Of a stretch of DNA of 64,000 nucleotides, positions 1 to 12,265 are shown one piece after another. Positions within the stretch are counted from its first letter, which is position 1, and the number at the start of each line of letters is the position of its first letter. Under the pieces are notes generated by a model. That model made no database searches and was not told the origin of the DNA. It saw only the letters and a program-made list of their open reading frames with translations. The DNA is taken from positions 736,493 through 800,492 of the forward strand of contig MNCI01002384.1 of NCBI GenBank assembly GCA_015680685.1, written 5' to 3'. This DNA comes from Gnetum montanum. Taxonomy: Eukaryota > Plantae > Gnetophyta. A program made the position numbers and the translations under genes.

Positions 1-894
1 CCACACCCTATACAATTTTCAAGCCCCACTCTATAGTGTTGGACCGTAGCACAAATCACTCAACCTCGTAAGGTCCTATCAATCTATAAAACATGGTCTC
101 AAGACTTCCACAACCTTTACAATCTTGAGCTCCACACTGGAGTGTTGTACTGTAGTACCAACAACTTAATCCTATAGGATTTCAACAAGCTCAAGGAACT
201 TAACCCCATAGGGCAACAAGAACAAGAATTATAATGAATGATTGAAACTCAATTTTTTGATCCTTACAAAGTTAGGTACAATACACTTTACAATGCTAAA
301 ATAATAAGACAATGAAGAGTAACATAGAATTCAATGATTATAAATGATTGCACAATGAGTACAAGAATGATTGCTCATTTTGCAATGAATATGAAGTTTT
401 CTTATAGCTACTATGTCGCTAAAGCTTTCTCGATACTCATGCAACAATTAGCTAATGGTCACTAATAGTTGTAGGGAACATCTTTCTCATGCTTGAGATG
501 TCTCTCTAAATTTGGCTTCAAATCTAGGAAGACATATTTGTTTCTTGAAAGATGTCTTTGCTCAATGAAAGATGTCTTTCTGTATTTGGTCTACATTCTG
601 TAAAGACATCTTTGCCTCATGAAAGATGCTTTTGGCTAGGAAAAGATGTCTTGTTATTTCTAAAGATACCTTTTTAAATTTTCTCTAAGTTCATCCCAAA
701 TTTACCAAGATGTCTGTTGCTTCTCAGAGATGTCTTTGTTCATCTTCCTTATATTTTCAATTCATCATTCCTTGTCCATAACTTTGCTTAATTCAAGTTC
801 TTGTTTTGCAAGCACAACAACTACACACACATACAAATAACCTTATTCTTCATTTTTCTTAATGTTTTGACATACCAAAACAAAAAGGTTCACA
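1..894 (-). repeat. 3' LTR of Copia A (truncated by window edge)
   Basis: Homologous to ~5040-6001 (e.g. ttcttaatgttttgacataccaaaac); terminal CA at 893-894 abuts the PPT. Confidence 0.9.
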
Positions 895-910
895 ATCTCC
901 CCCTTTTTGG
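895..910 (-). other. Polypurine tract of Copia A
   Basis: atctccccctttttgg = minus CCAAAAAGGGGGAGAT directly before the LTR TG. Confidence 0.9.
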
Positions 911-1116
911 TAGTGTTCAAAACTTAAGAAAATGGGTTAGTCTTGTCCTAATGATAACACATTTTACTTCTTCTCCTTTTTGGACATAACCAAAAAGGTG
1001 AGATAAACTCCCCTAAATAGATGCATAGAGAAAAGAAAATATTTTTAGTGTTTTGCATTTTGTATGTTTGTTTTATTTTATTTTATTTGAAGTAAGAATA
1101 GAAATAATGAAAATAC

Positions 1117-4100
1117 TCACATGATAGGACAAGGTCCTATCCCTATATTCTTGCATAGCGATGTCAATCAATGTTCATCCAAGGATTTTATGAAGGCATC
1201 AACTAGTTGACTCTTGGTTCCAATGAACTCTAGTTTGACATGACCACTCTATGTATGCTCCCCTATGAAATGATGGTGAATCTTGATGTTTGGTATAAGA
1301 ATGTTGAATTCGATTCTTGGTCATGTTGATCACACTCTTATTATCAAAATAAATAGGAGTTGAGTCTACATGTATGCCTAAATATTTGATAGTTTCCTTC
1401 ATCCAAAGTAGTTGAGCACAAAAACTACTAGCAGAGATGTATTCAACTTCCATGGTTGAAAGAGCTATAGAGGTTTACTTCTTCATTGTCCAAGAAACAA
1501 GACTTCTTGACAAGAAGAAACAATTACCACTTGTGCTACGTTAATCATTAGAACATCCTACCCAATCTGTATCACAATAATCAACAAGATCAAGGGAGGA
1601 ATCCTATGGATACCAAGGGACCTAGTTAGTAGTACCTTTTAAGTAGTGAAAGATACATTTGACAGCCTAGTAATGTGAATCTTTTGGAGCTGACTGATAC
1701 CTAGCACACAATCATACACTTAAGGCTATATCTAGTCGACTAGTACTTAGATAAAGAAGACTACCAATCATACCTCTATAAAGCTTGGGATCAATTGGCT
1801 TACCTTGATCATCTTTAACAAGTTTAAAATTTGTAGCCATTTGAATACTTTTAACTTTAACATCATCCAAAATTTATTTGAGTAGAAGATCTTATACATA
1901 CTTGGTTTGACATAAGAAGGTTCCATCATGTGTTTGATAGATTTGAAATCCAAGAAAGTTCTTGAGTTCTCCCATCATGATCATTTCAAATTTAAATTGC
2001 ATAAGATTAGAAAACGTTTTGCAAATAATTTTGTTAGTGGCACCAAAACTAATATCATCAATGTAGATTTGAACAATTAAAATAACTTCACCTTCTCTTT
2101 TAAGAAATAATGTAACATCAACTTTACCCCTTGTGAATCCATTTGATATGAGATGTTGAGAAAGCCTTTCGTACCAAGCTCTTGGAGCTTGTTTAAGACC
2201 ATAGAAAGCTTTCTTGAGTTTAAGGAAATGATCAATCTAGGTTGAATCAGTAAATCCCTCAGGTTTCTTAATGTATACTTCTTCTTGAATGGTTTCATTT
2301 AAGAAGGAACTTTTGACATCCATTTGATCTAGCACGATTTTGTTATTACTAGCATAGGCAAGAAGAAGCTAATAGATTCCAACCTCATAACTGGAGAAAA
2401 AGTTTCATCAAAATCTATACCTTCTTGATGGTTGTATTCTTATGTAACCAATCTAGTTTATTTTTTAATGATGTTTCCATTATCATCAATCTTGTTCCTA
2501 AAGATCCATTTTGTTTCAATAACAGGGTTATCAAAGGGCCTAGGAGTTAATTTCCATACACCATTTCTAGCAAATTGAATAAGTTCATCTTGCATAGTAG
2601 AAATTCAACCTTTCTCTTTTTTAGCTTCTTTAAGGATTTTGGGTTCAAGCTGAGAGAGATAAGAAAAGAAGGCACACATTTCTTTGAATTGGCTTCTAGT
2701 GCAGATAACATCTTGTACTTCCCCAATAACATCATTGAGAGAATGTGTTTTGCAGAGTCTAAGAAATTTTAGTTGAGTGGCTGACATTTCTTAATCATCA
2801 TCATTTTCTTCCTCTTCATGATCACTACTGGGGTTTGAGTCTTTTTCATCTTGCACTAAAGTTTGGCTAGGTAGTTTTTGGATGGGAATGACTTCATCAT
2901 CAAGTTCTAGACTAGTAAGATCATAATCATCTATTTTGACATTTATAGTTTCCTCCAGCATGTTAGTTCTTTTGTTAAATACTTTATATGCTCTACTAAC
3001 TAAAGAATATCCCAGGAAAATTCCCTCATCAATTTTTGCATCAAACTTTCTCAAGTTATCTTTATCATTTAGAATATAGCATTTTGAACGAAAAACATGA
3101 AAATAAGATACTAAAGGCTTTCTACCAATCCATGATTCAGAAGGAGTTTTAAAAGTAAATCTTCTTACCAGAACTTTGTTGGATACATAATAGGTAGTGT
3201 TGATGGCTTTAGCCCAAAAGTGATGAGAAAGGCTTTAATCATTTAATATTATTCTCCCCATCTCATTCAAGATTCTATTATTCCATTCAGCTACACTATT
3301 TTGTTGAGGAGTTCTTGTAGTAGAAAATTGATGAAGAATGCCATTGCGTTGGCAAAACTATTCAAATTTTACATTTCTAAACTCACCTCCATTGTTACTT
3401 TTGATAAATTTAATACCATATGCTTTTTCTTTTTGGATCTAATTACTAATTCAGAAAAAATAATCAAACACCTCATCTTTGTGATACAAAAAAGCAACCC
3501 AAGTAAAGTGAGAATAATCATCAACAATGGTCAAAAAATATATTTTCTTTCCTAAGTTGAGAGTTTAAATTGGACCAACCACATCCACATGAAGTATATC
3601 TAAGGGACGAGTAGTAGAAATACAATTTTTCTTATCAAATTTTACCCTTGTTTGTTTTCCTTTTTGATAGGCTTTACATGTATTGAGATTAAAATCTTTA
3701 AGCTTAGGGAGATCACAAACCATTTCTTTAGATACCAAGGTCTGGAGAATTTTCTTGTTTATGTGGCCTAATCTCCTATGCTATATATGAGTATCATCTG
3801 CATAGCATACTAAACACTTGGATTCAATGTTAGCAGAGTTTCCAAAAATAGTAGTGTACACATTTCCTTTCCTTCGCCCTTCTAACACAAAATTTTTAGT
3901 AGATGAATCTTGTATTCTACAACTATCTTTTGAAAAGGTAACATTAAAATTGAATTCACAAAGTTTACTCACACTAAGAAGATTATGTTTTAACCCATCA
4001 ACAAAAAACACTTTGTTCATTGTGGGTAGTCCCTTACCTTTTCCTCCTATGGTACCAATACCTATTATGGGCACTTCCATATCATCTCCAAATGTGATTG

Positions 4101-4190
4101 TACCTCAATTTTATTTCTTGAAGTGGGTGAAGTACGATTTGTCACATGTCATGTGCCTTGAACATCCACTATCAATATACCATGTGCTAG
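1117..4190 (-). pseudogene. pol: Copia pol pseudogene (PR, GAG-pre-integrase, INT, RT, RNase H)
   Basis: WYIDSGCSRHMT (~4150-4182), VFFVDGLKHNLLSVSKL, KFDAKIDEGIFLGYS, QMDVKSSFLN, VQIYIDDISFG, EVEYISASSFCAQLLWM; many stops and frameshifts. Confidence 0.93.
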
Positions 4191-4199
4191 CATTGTCAT

Positions 4200-4806
4200 T
4201 GAAGAGGATAATTTGTGCCATCAAATTCTTTTCAAGATTTCCTTCTTTCTCTCTCCAACCTTGCATGGTCTTCATTCTAGGTTAGTTTTGCGAAGACCAA
4301 GAGTGGTAATGCATTCTAGGATAACAATAAGCTTAAACATGATCATATTTACCACAAAAGAAATATTTCAAGTAATTTGACCTAGAATATTTTCCTTGGA
4401 TGAATGTTGTTTTTGATTCTCGGGTTTCTTCAAAGAGCTCTTGTTCAACTACTCAAACAATCTTATTAGTTTTTGAATCTCCAACCTAAGATCTAAGTTT
4501 TTCCTTTTGAGGTAAGATAATTCATCATCAAGAATTTTTATTTTTATTTCCTTATCATGTAAATCATCTTTTATTTCAATACATAAATTTTGGAAAGAAA
4601 GAATGCTATGGCAAAAATTTTCATACCTATATTCAAAAGAATCATTATTTTGATAATCACAAGAATTGTTAACTTTACATAATATTCTATCTTTCTAAAT
4701 ATAAGTAAGGAAATAATATACTTGATAAAAGAGGTGACAAATGAATTGAATGCAGTAGTTGATTACGTTCATTAGGCTCCGTCTAATGCTAAGAATCCCT
4801 TCCATG
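4200..4806 (-). pseudogene. gag: Internally deleted gag remnant of Copia A
   Basis: ATGGAAGGG start just after the PBS resembles the Copia B gag start; degenerate knuckle (FFCGKYDHV) ~4335-4365; only ~0.6 kb versus ~1.8 kb in Copia B. Confidence 0.65.
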
Positions 4807-4835
4807 TTCACTCTTGAAGTGAGCAAGAAAACCAA

Positions 4836-4847
4836 GCTCTGATACCA
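4836..4847 (-). other. Primer-binding site, tRNA-iMet
   Basis: Minus TGGTATCAGAGC 2 nt from the LTR end. Confidence 0.93.
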
Positions 4848-4849
4848 CT

Positions 4850-6001
4850 TGTGGATTGTTGAACTTAGAAGGGGGGNNNNNNNNGGGTGTGAATAAGTTC
4901 CCCAAGTCAAAACTTAGACAAAAAAAGCACACAGAAATAAATTTACATGTTTCCCAAACTAGGGTACTCTACATTCAAAGGATAGATTGCAAGCACACCT
5001 CTGAACTTTGTTGCTCTCAAATTGTCATTGAAGGGTCCACACCTTGTGCAATTATCAAGCCCTGCTCTAGAGTGTTGTATCATAGCACCAATCACTCAAC
5101 CTCAGAAGGTCCCATTAGTCTTGGAAATGTGATTCCAAGGCTTCCAAAACCTTTACAAACCCTACTCTAGAGTGTTGTATCATAGCACCAATCACTCAAC
5201 CTCGGAAGGTTCTATTAGTCTTGGAAATGTGATTTCAAGGCTTCCAAAACCTTTACAATCTTGGGCTCTGCATCAAAGTGTTGTACCACAATACCAACAA
5301 CTCAATCTCACAAGATCCCGACAAGATCAAGTTAATTCCACAAGGCAACAAGAAGAAGAATTACAAGGAATGATTGCAACTCAATTTGTTGATCCTTGCA
5401 TAGTTAGGTACAACACACTTTACAATACCAAAATGATAAGATAATGAAGAGAAATAGAGAATTCAATGATTACAAATGATTGTACAATGAATACAGTAAT
5501 TCTTGTTCATTTCCCAATGCACATGAAGTCTTCTTATAGATGTCATGTTGCTAAATCCTCCTCAAAACTCATGCAATGGCTAGCTAATGGGTACTAATGG
5601 TCATAAGTGACATCTCTTAGAATTTGGCTTCAAATCCAAGAAGAAATCTTTGTTTCTTGAAAGACATCCTTCTAAAGTGTCCATCCTGGAAGACATCTGT
5701 GCTCAATGGAAGACATCTTTCTATATTTGATCTACATTCTATAAAGATGTCTTTGTCTCATGAAAGACATCTTTGGCTATGGAAAGACATCTTGCTATTT
5801 TTGAAGATGTCTTTCTAAATTTTCTCATGAAAGACTTCTTTGTCCATCTTCCTTTGTCTTTTGAATGCATTGTTCCTTGTCCATAGCTTTTGCTTAATCC
5901 AAGTTCTTGTCCTACAAGCACAACAACTACACACACATACAAACAACCTTGTTCTCCATTTTTCTTAATGTTTTGACATACCAAAACCAAAAATATCCAC
6001 A
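4850..6001 (-). repeat. 5' LTR of Copia A (contains a short N gap near 4880)
   Basis: TG...CA termini; homologous to 1-894 and to the Copia B LTRs. Confidence 0.88.
5061..5260. repeat. Near-perfect 100-bp tandem duplication inside the LTR
   Basis: cct(g/a)ctctagagtgttgtatcatagcacc... at 5061 and 5161. Confidence 0.92.
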
Positions 6002-7620
6002 AAGGGGACCATCCCAAGGATAGGTTCAAATACCACAAGTTCTTGATGACCTACATATAGCTTTATAACATGTTGCTAAAGGAGGGGAACATTATCCCAA
6101 AATAGATCTTTGAGAAAGTAAGGGCTCAATTTAAAAGGCTTCAAACTTTGACCATTGATCATTCCCAATAGATGGAAGAAGATCCACATGTCCTAAAGTA
6201 ATACAATCTTAATAAGTTATGTTATTATCATGAAGCCACTGGACATGATACTAATGATTATAACCTACTTAAAGATGATGTTCAAGGATTGGTAAAAAAG
6301 ATAGTAATCATTCTCAACATGCCAATGCAACCAAGTAATCAGAATAGCAAATATTCTAAGAACCATTGAACACTAATTTAGGAAGAATATTTATTTTTCT
6401 TATGGAGCCCAAAGATAATTGGCCTAAGACCTCCTTTGTTGATCAAATGGCTTCATCTCAACATGATTCTACTTCATCCACTCATGCAAATCTATCAAGG
6501 CTCAAAAATTCCTTTGTGATTAACCTCCCTTGGAATGATTCTAATGCATCCACTTCCCAAAACATGTGTAGAATTCCATTGATAATTAACATGATACCTC
6601 ACTATGATGAAGCTCCCCCACACTTTAATTTCACTTTTAGCTATCCACCATTTCCTCCAAGGAATAAATTAAATTTTTCTATATCATTTTGGCCTATTGA
6701 TTATTCTTATATTTTACCTTATATTATACCTTATTTATCTCATTTCTTATCAACTTCTAAGTTATAAGAGCATCCCTTACTTTTCACTCCTACATGGCCT
6801 ATTAGGATCCTCACCCAAGCCTAAAAGAAGATAATGACTAATAGAAAAGATAAAAAGAAGGAACAAGTGAATAAGTAGCATATATAGAACAACAATAAGG
6901 TCTAAGTTCAAGGTACATTGAAGATAACTCCTCTTGAACTTGTTCCTACACTCTCTTCTTCTACATCAGATACTATTCCTCATGCACTAATCATCAAGGA
7001 TGCAATCCTATGGGGCAAAGCTTTACCTCAAATCATAGTTGCAATGAAATTGAAGGGAACTAATCTATCTTTCTTTGATCTCATCTCAACTTGTAACAAG
7101 CATTGCTTGACATTAGAGAAGCTTCTCAAATCCATCACAATGCCAGGAACTATTTAGCCTTACATCTATTCCATCTCATTAGTGTTTAATGTCCCATGAT
7201 ATGAGGCTAACTATTTTATGTTAAAAATAGACAACATTAAGAAACATCCTACAATGGGCCAACTTTCTATCTACATTACAATACTAAGTAGGGATAACAT
7301 TGCACTATCCTTAGTGCACATAAATGATGGAATTGGGACTAACATCATTTCATAGATTATCATTGAGCATCTTGGCCTTGATAGAGAAGAGGTAATAGGA
7401 GTGATACATTTTTTATTTTTAGTTGAAACTCACATGGCATCTAATGCAATCTTTGTAGTTATTAGAGATTAATTGAGTATAAACACTGTTATGGATAGGT
7501 TTTGGTTAGCTTATTATCATTTTGTTTCTTCCCTCATATATTAAGAAATTCACTTTTCATGCAAAGATAGAAAAGTATTTGTTCATGTAAACCTCAAAGT
7601 GCCTACTATTTTCTATCTTG
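6002..7620 (+). pseudogene. Old Tat-type Gypsy gag C-terminus plus protease fragment
   Basis: LCYYHEATGHDTNDYNLLKDDVQGLV (~6215-6295), LSFFDLISTCNKH, VHINDGIGTNIIS (~7315-7350); each parallels the 43.4-45.1 kb Tat element (YHQKCGHNMD..LKDDIQ; MSLYDLIMTS; VHIDDGVATNVIP). Confidence 0.8.
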
Positions 7621-9797
7621 ATGTTATATAAAAACCTAGCCTAGGGTCCTAGCCTATACTAATAGGACAAAATTAAATGGACCAAGAAGTCAACAAGCAT
7701 GAAACTACTATTTCCTAGAAATCTAGCATATACAATTTTGTAGATCTAAAATTTGGTAAACTAGACATAGGAAAATTGGTCAAAACCATGAAGGATCCTA
7801 CTAGATCGTAAGCTAGGAAGGTTATTGCTAAGACATAACCACTAAAATAGTTACCCCCATTTTTCTTCTTGTTTGTTTATCCTTTATTTAGCATTCACAT
7901 GAATTTTATATTCTTAGTTAGGAGTTACAAATTTTTAATTTATGATCCTTTTTTAGGTAACAATAACATTGGAAAATTATTTTAGTGGTTTCTCAATCTT
8001 GAGGGTTTCTAGCAAATTTTTTGTAGTATATTTTTTCTTCTTTTTACTTAATAGGGAATGATCTAAAGATGGAAAGTACTAATGGCTCTCAGACTATAAA
8101 GACTATGAAGAATCTTCAAGATTTTAATTCTATTTTATTTGATGATTTATATGAATTCCTATCAAAAGATATCTCATCATAATACATATTTCTATAGATT
8201 ATTGAATTTTTTTATCAAAATGTGGGCTTTACACAAATGATTCAAGAAATTCTTGAACACTATGAAAGTAATTTTTTACATGCTCACTATTTTTTGAAAT
8301 CTTTTTTGCTTCTCAAACTTGCCAACTCTGAAATGGTAGATAAATCATTGGATCTTAAAGTTTCTATAAATCAACATAATACTTTTATTGATAAAAAATG
8401 GAAAGTATAACTTGATTCATATTATTCTGATTATTCTAAAATTCATTGCTATATTAAATTAGAAAGTCTTCCTCTAAATTTGTCAAAGTGTTGGAAATAA
8501 AATTATTGGCAACATTAGCATAATCCTGAAGACAAAGTCAAAAACATTACTAAAAGGTATGTAGTGCATATGTGTTTTTATAGAGATTAATGTATTGCAA
8601 AATAAAATAGAATTAAAACTCAAGGTTAGTGTTGGCGACCATTTGGGACCACCAATGTTTACTTCAAGTCTCATGAATGAAATCATGGAAAACAAAGGTC
8701 TTCCTTCAAACTTGAGTTAAGGTGTTTACTCATCTCTAGAAACACCAAGGCCTAGATACCTCCAAATAAACTCAGTGGGAATAGAGCAAAGTAAGCATAA
8801 ATGTGTATTTGCTGTTATGATTGTTGAAATGTGTGGGTTTGTGTATGGAACTATAACTAACTATTATAATAGAATTTTAGCTAACCTTGTTGAATACTGT
8901 GAGTTATTAAAGATTCCTATTTTATAAAGTCACTTATTCTATATAGTTCCTATAGTATGTTGCTTGAAATAAATAAAATTTCACCAAAATTGTTAAGCAC
9001 AATTCTACAGAAATCTACTCCTAAATTTCCCCTGAGAGAAAAGTCTACAAGAAAAACAAAAATAGAGTGAGATTCAATGGATTTTAAAAGAAAAAAGAGA
9101 GAGAAGGCAAATTTTTATGGAATCTCAAACATTTAAGTGAGATAAAATGAACATGAGGAAGCACTTCAAAATAAAGTTATTTCAATTCAATATAAAGTGT
9201 TACAAATTGACCAATCCCTCTGAGCTCAACAAGCAATTTCATAAAAGAAACTTCTATTAAACTACCAAAATGCTTTGTAAAAGATAAAATACAAGCTATT
9301 ATATGGCTAGTTAATTGTTGTCAATAATTGCAAGAATAGAGCTATCTGAAAAGGTATAAAAATTTCAAGATTGAACATGATAAAAAAAATTATAATTGAA
9401 TCTACTTCAAGTTAGCTCAAAATATCAAATATTTTCTAAATCCTCTAGACTTGATCAAGAAATTTAATAAAGACATTACTACTAAATTGCTCAAGATGCT
9501 TTTCAAAGGAAAATATAAGCTCTTACATGGCTAACTAATAGAAGTCTAAAATTGCAAGAAAACAGAGCTATAAGAGCAATCAAAAAATTCCAAAATTAAA
9601 TGCCAAACATAGTACTATATAAACTATTAGCTAAGAAGCTAAGAAAAAATGAGAATAAAAGAACTCATGGGATTTAAATAAAGAGCTGAATTGATGATGC
9701 AATTAGCAAGCCATTCTTACAAATAATCTTCAATATTTTTTTCAAGTTCTTCATCCTTTTCATTCTACCCTTGAAGCTCTTTTTATAGTGGCTTCTT

Positions 9798-10010
9798 GGT
9801 AGTTACAACATCATGGGAAATTAAAATTAGTTATAATCACTATAGGAATTTATTTACAACTACAATAGAAATTAAATACTATAGTTGCCAAGTGTCATGT
9901 TCGGTAGTTACAACATCATGGGAAATTAAAATTAGTTACAACCACTATGAGAATTTAGTTACAACTATCATAGAAATTAAATGCTATAGTTTCCAAGTGT
10001 CCTGTTCATA
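9798..10010. repeat. ~105-bp tandem duplication in solo LTR
   Basis: ggtagttacaacatcatgggaaattaaaattag at 9798 and 9903. Confidence 0.9.
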
Positions 10011-10239
10011 TAGGAAATTGGATAACTTTCCTATAAATCCTTTACATTTTAAGCTCCTTCAATGATAACCACATTCTCTTAAGAGAGCATGGTTCATTGA
10101 ATTTAGTTTTAAAGCTATTTAATTTCTAACAACTAAGTAACTTCTTGTAATACCATGCTTTTTAATGATTTGATTCAATGCACTAAGACCAATGTGCTCT
10201 TTAATGAGGCTAGAATGTGGCCTCATGAATGAGCTCTAT

Positions 10240-10900
10240 GTGTTGACGTGATAGGTTGTTGATGTGATGGTGATGACATGGTGCTATGCTAAGGTGGTAG
10301 AGCTAGTTCATGATACTAAATTTTATCTTTACAAAATAGCTATGCATGCTAACATGGCATAGTGTTGATGTCATGATGATGTCACTTACATTGTCATGGA
10401 ATATACTAATGTGTCAGAGATTACGTGGAAGAGCTGATTTTTAGAGGATAAATTTCACCCTTCAAACTAGCTTGAAAAGCTAATGTGGTAAAAAGCTGAA
10501 GTGGCATGGTCATCATGGCACTAATGACATGGTTAAGTAACCTTATAGGACTGAATTTCTACTTCACAACCTAGCTCTATGAGTTGATGTGGCACGAAAG
10601 TCATGCTAATGTGACATATGATGATATGATAGAACATATTCATTTAGCTAGTAATCATTTTGATGAGCCACCTCTAGAAGTTGACATGGTAGCTTGCCAA
10701 CATCATAATGACATGCTAAAAGCTGACATGGCAATGTTGATCTGGTATGCTAACTTGGCCTCATGTTGATGTGGCATATGCTGATGTCATGCTGACATTT
10801 GTAGAAGATGATGTGGTAGATGAAGCAAAAAACTCATCTAGATATAAAAAATGAGCTTAATCTAAATGCTAATGTGGTAGCTTGCCACATGGCAGAATGG
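10240..10900. promoter_or_regulatory. Dispersed array of deaminated TGACGTGG(C) ACGT-box motifs in U3
   Basis: Many tgacatgg / tgatgtgg / taatgtgg copies, with intact ACGT cores at ~10245 (tgacgtga) and ~10422 (tacgtgg). Confidence 0.6.
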
Positions 10901-12265
10901 GTTTGTAGTAGCAAAAATCATTCTTATGAATAGGCTTGATAATATGCTAATGTAAAGAGAATATGAAATGGAAAAATAATATGTGGTAAAGATAATTTGG
11001 CTTTGAAAGATCAAGATGAGCTTTTAAGCATCTAAATGGATGAATCTCGTCCAAATGAGACTCTGTGAATGCTTAAAAGCTCATTATTGGACCAATCCCA
11101 CAAGGCTTATGAGATTTTTTTACTTATTATTACATGCAATATTGCAACTTAGACTTTTCATCATTTATCTAAAGTTTCCATACTAGAGATTGATCAAAAT
11201 AGCTTGTGAGGCCTACATATTTGTGCTATGCTATTCTTCAAGCCATTGTGATCATAATGCTCCTAATAAGCTGGATACATTAATAATGGATTATGAAGCT
11301 TTCTTTCCTTTCTTTCTTAGAGCTTAAATATCTTTGCTAAGTCTTCTCTACCTTCATAATCTCAAATCATTATTGTAAGGAGCTAATGATGGAACCAAAA
11401 GTAAAATAAAATGTAGCTAATGAGAGTGTTAGGTTTAAAGTTGAGCTCAATGAAACTTGTTTCTCATGTTTTCCATAGCTAAAATGGTTTCTACATCTAG
11501 TAACCTTAGCATAGCTTATCTCCTTCTATTTGCAATTTTAGAAATTTAATTGAATAATAGCTTATGTGCTAAAGTCAAAAAGGAACTCAAACTAAAGCTT
11601 TTATTTTAAAGTAATAAGTTAAGCTTGTTCATTCAACTAGATTTTAGAATCTACTATAGCTATTATTCCAAAGATCTTTTCGAGCTTATTGCATGGGGAT
11701 TTGAAAATGCTTGAAGGAACATAAACCATTGTTCAAGCTTTAATACCTCCATAGCTTTGTAGCTTAGGAACCCTCTCTTCTTTTAGCATAGAATCTCTTT
11801 TCAGTCTTAAGCTCTTTTTTCTTTTCAGTAATAATTTACTTTTAACACTACAACATTATAAATTCTACTTCATGAAATGGCCAGAAATGTACCAATAGTT
11901 AGTAATTAGGATTTTTTCTTAAAAATTAGATATTTTAATTTACGAGGATGTTGTAACTATTGTCATCATGAAGGTCATGTTTAAAAAATAATTTTCAAAA
12001 AAGGTAAATAATAGAAGTTTTTAGTTGGTATAAATGAAATCTTCTTCAACAAGTTCTCAACATTTTACTAATCTTATTAATTCTAAAGATGCTAGTAAAC
12101 TCTTGATATCTAAAGAGTCTTTCTATTTCAAAAAAATTAAATTTTTAGTAGGGACTAGTAATGAAAATACTATGCAAATGGATTTCACTCAAAGTAACAT
12201 AAAAAGAATAAGTGTACAAATACTTCTTTCAATTTAAAAATCCCAAATATATCTCATTCTCTTTT

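Larger units (their letters stand above)
1..6001 (-). mobile_element. Ty1/Copia LTR retrotransposon A (SIRE-like), decayed, gag largely deleted; left LTR runs off the window
   Basis: Minus-strand order LTR-PBS(Met)-gag remnant-PR-INT-RT-RH-PPT-LTR; related LTRs at 1-894 and 4850-6001; PPT CCAAAAAGGGGGAGAT-TG. Confidence 0.9.
8630..11897 (-). mobile_element. 3.27-kb solo LTR (same family termini as 53495-57478)
   Basis: TGTTGGCGACC...GTACCAATA termini, perfect TSD GTTAG (8625-8629 / 11898-11902); both ends and the TATA region (~9780) match the reverse complement of 53495-57478. Confidence 0.88.
8069..12260 (+). pseudogene. L1-type LINE ORF1 (DUF4283-like plus zinc knuckle), split by the solo LTR at 8630-11897
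   Basis: FLLLKLANSEMVDK...KKWKV...IKLESLPL before the insertion; after it IRYFNLRGCCNYCHHEGH (~11925-11980). Start coordinate approximate. Confidence 0.72.

Noticed and set aside
3301-4285. Plus-strand ORFs 3301-3555 and 3818-4285, and similar ones (21687-22031, 51742-52008, 57363-57707)
   Set aside because: Antisense shadows of pol frames with no independent coding signal
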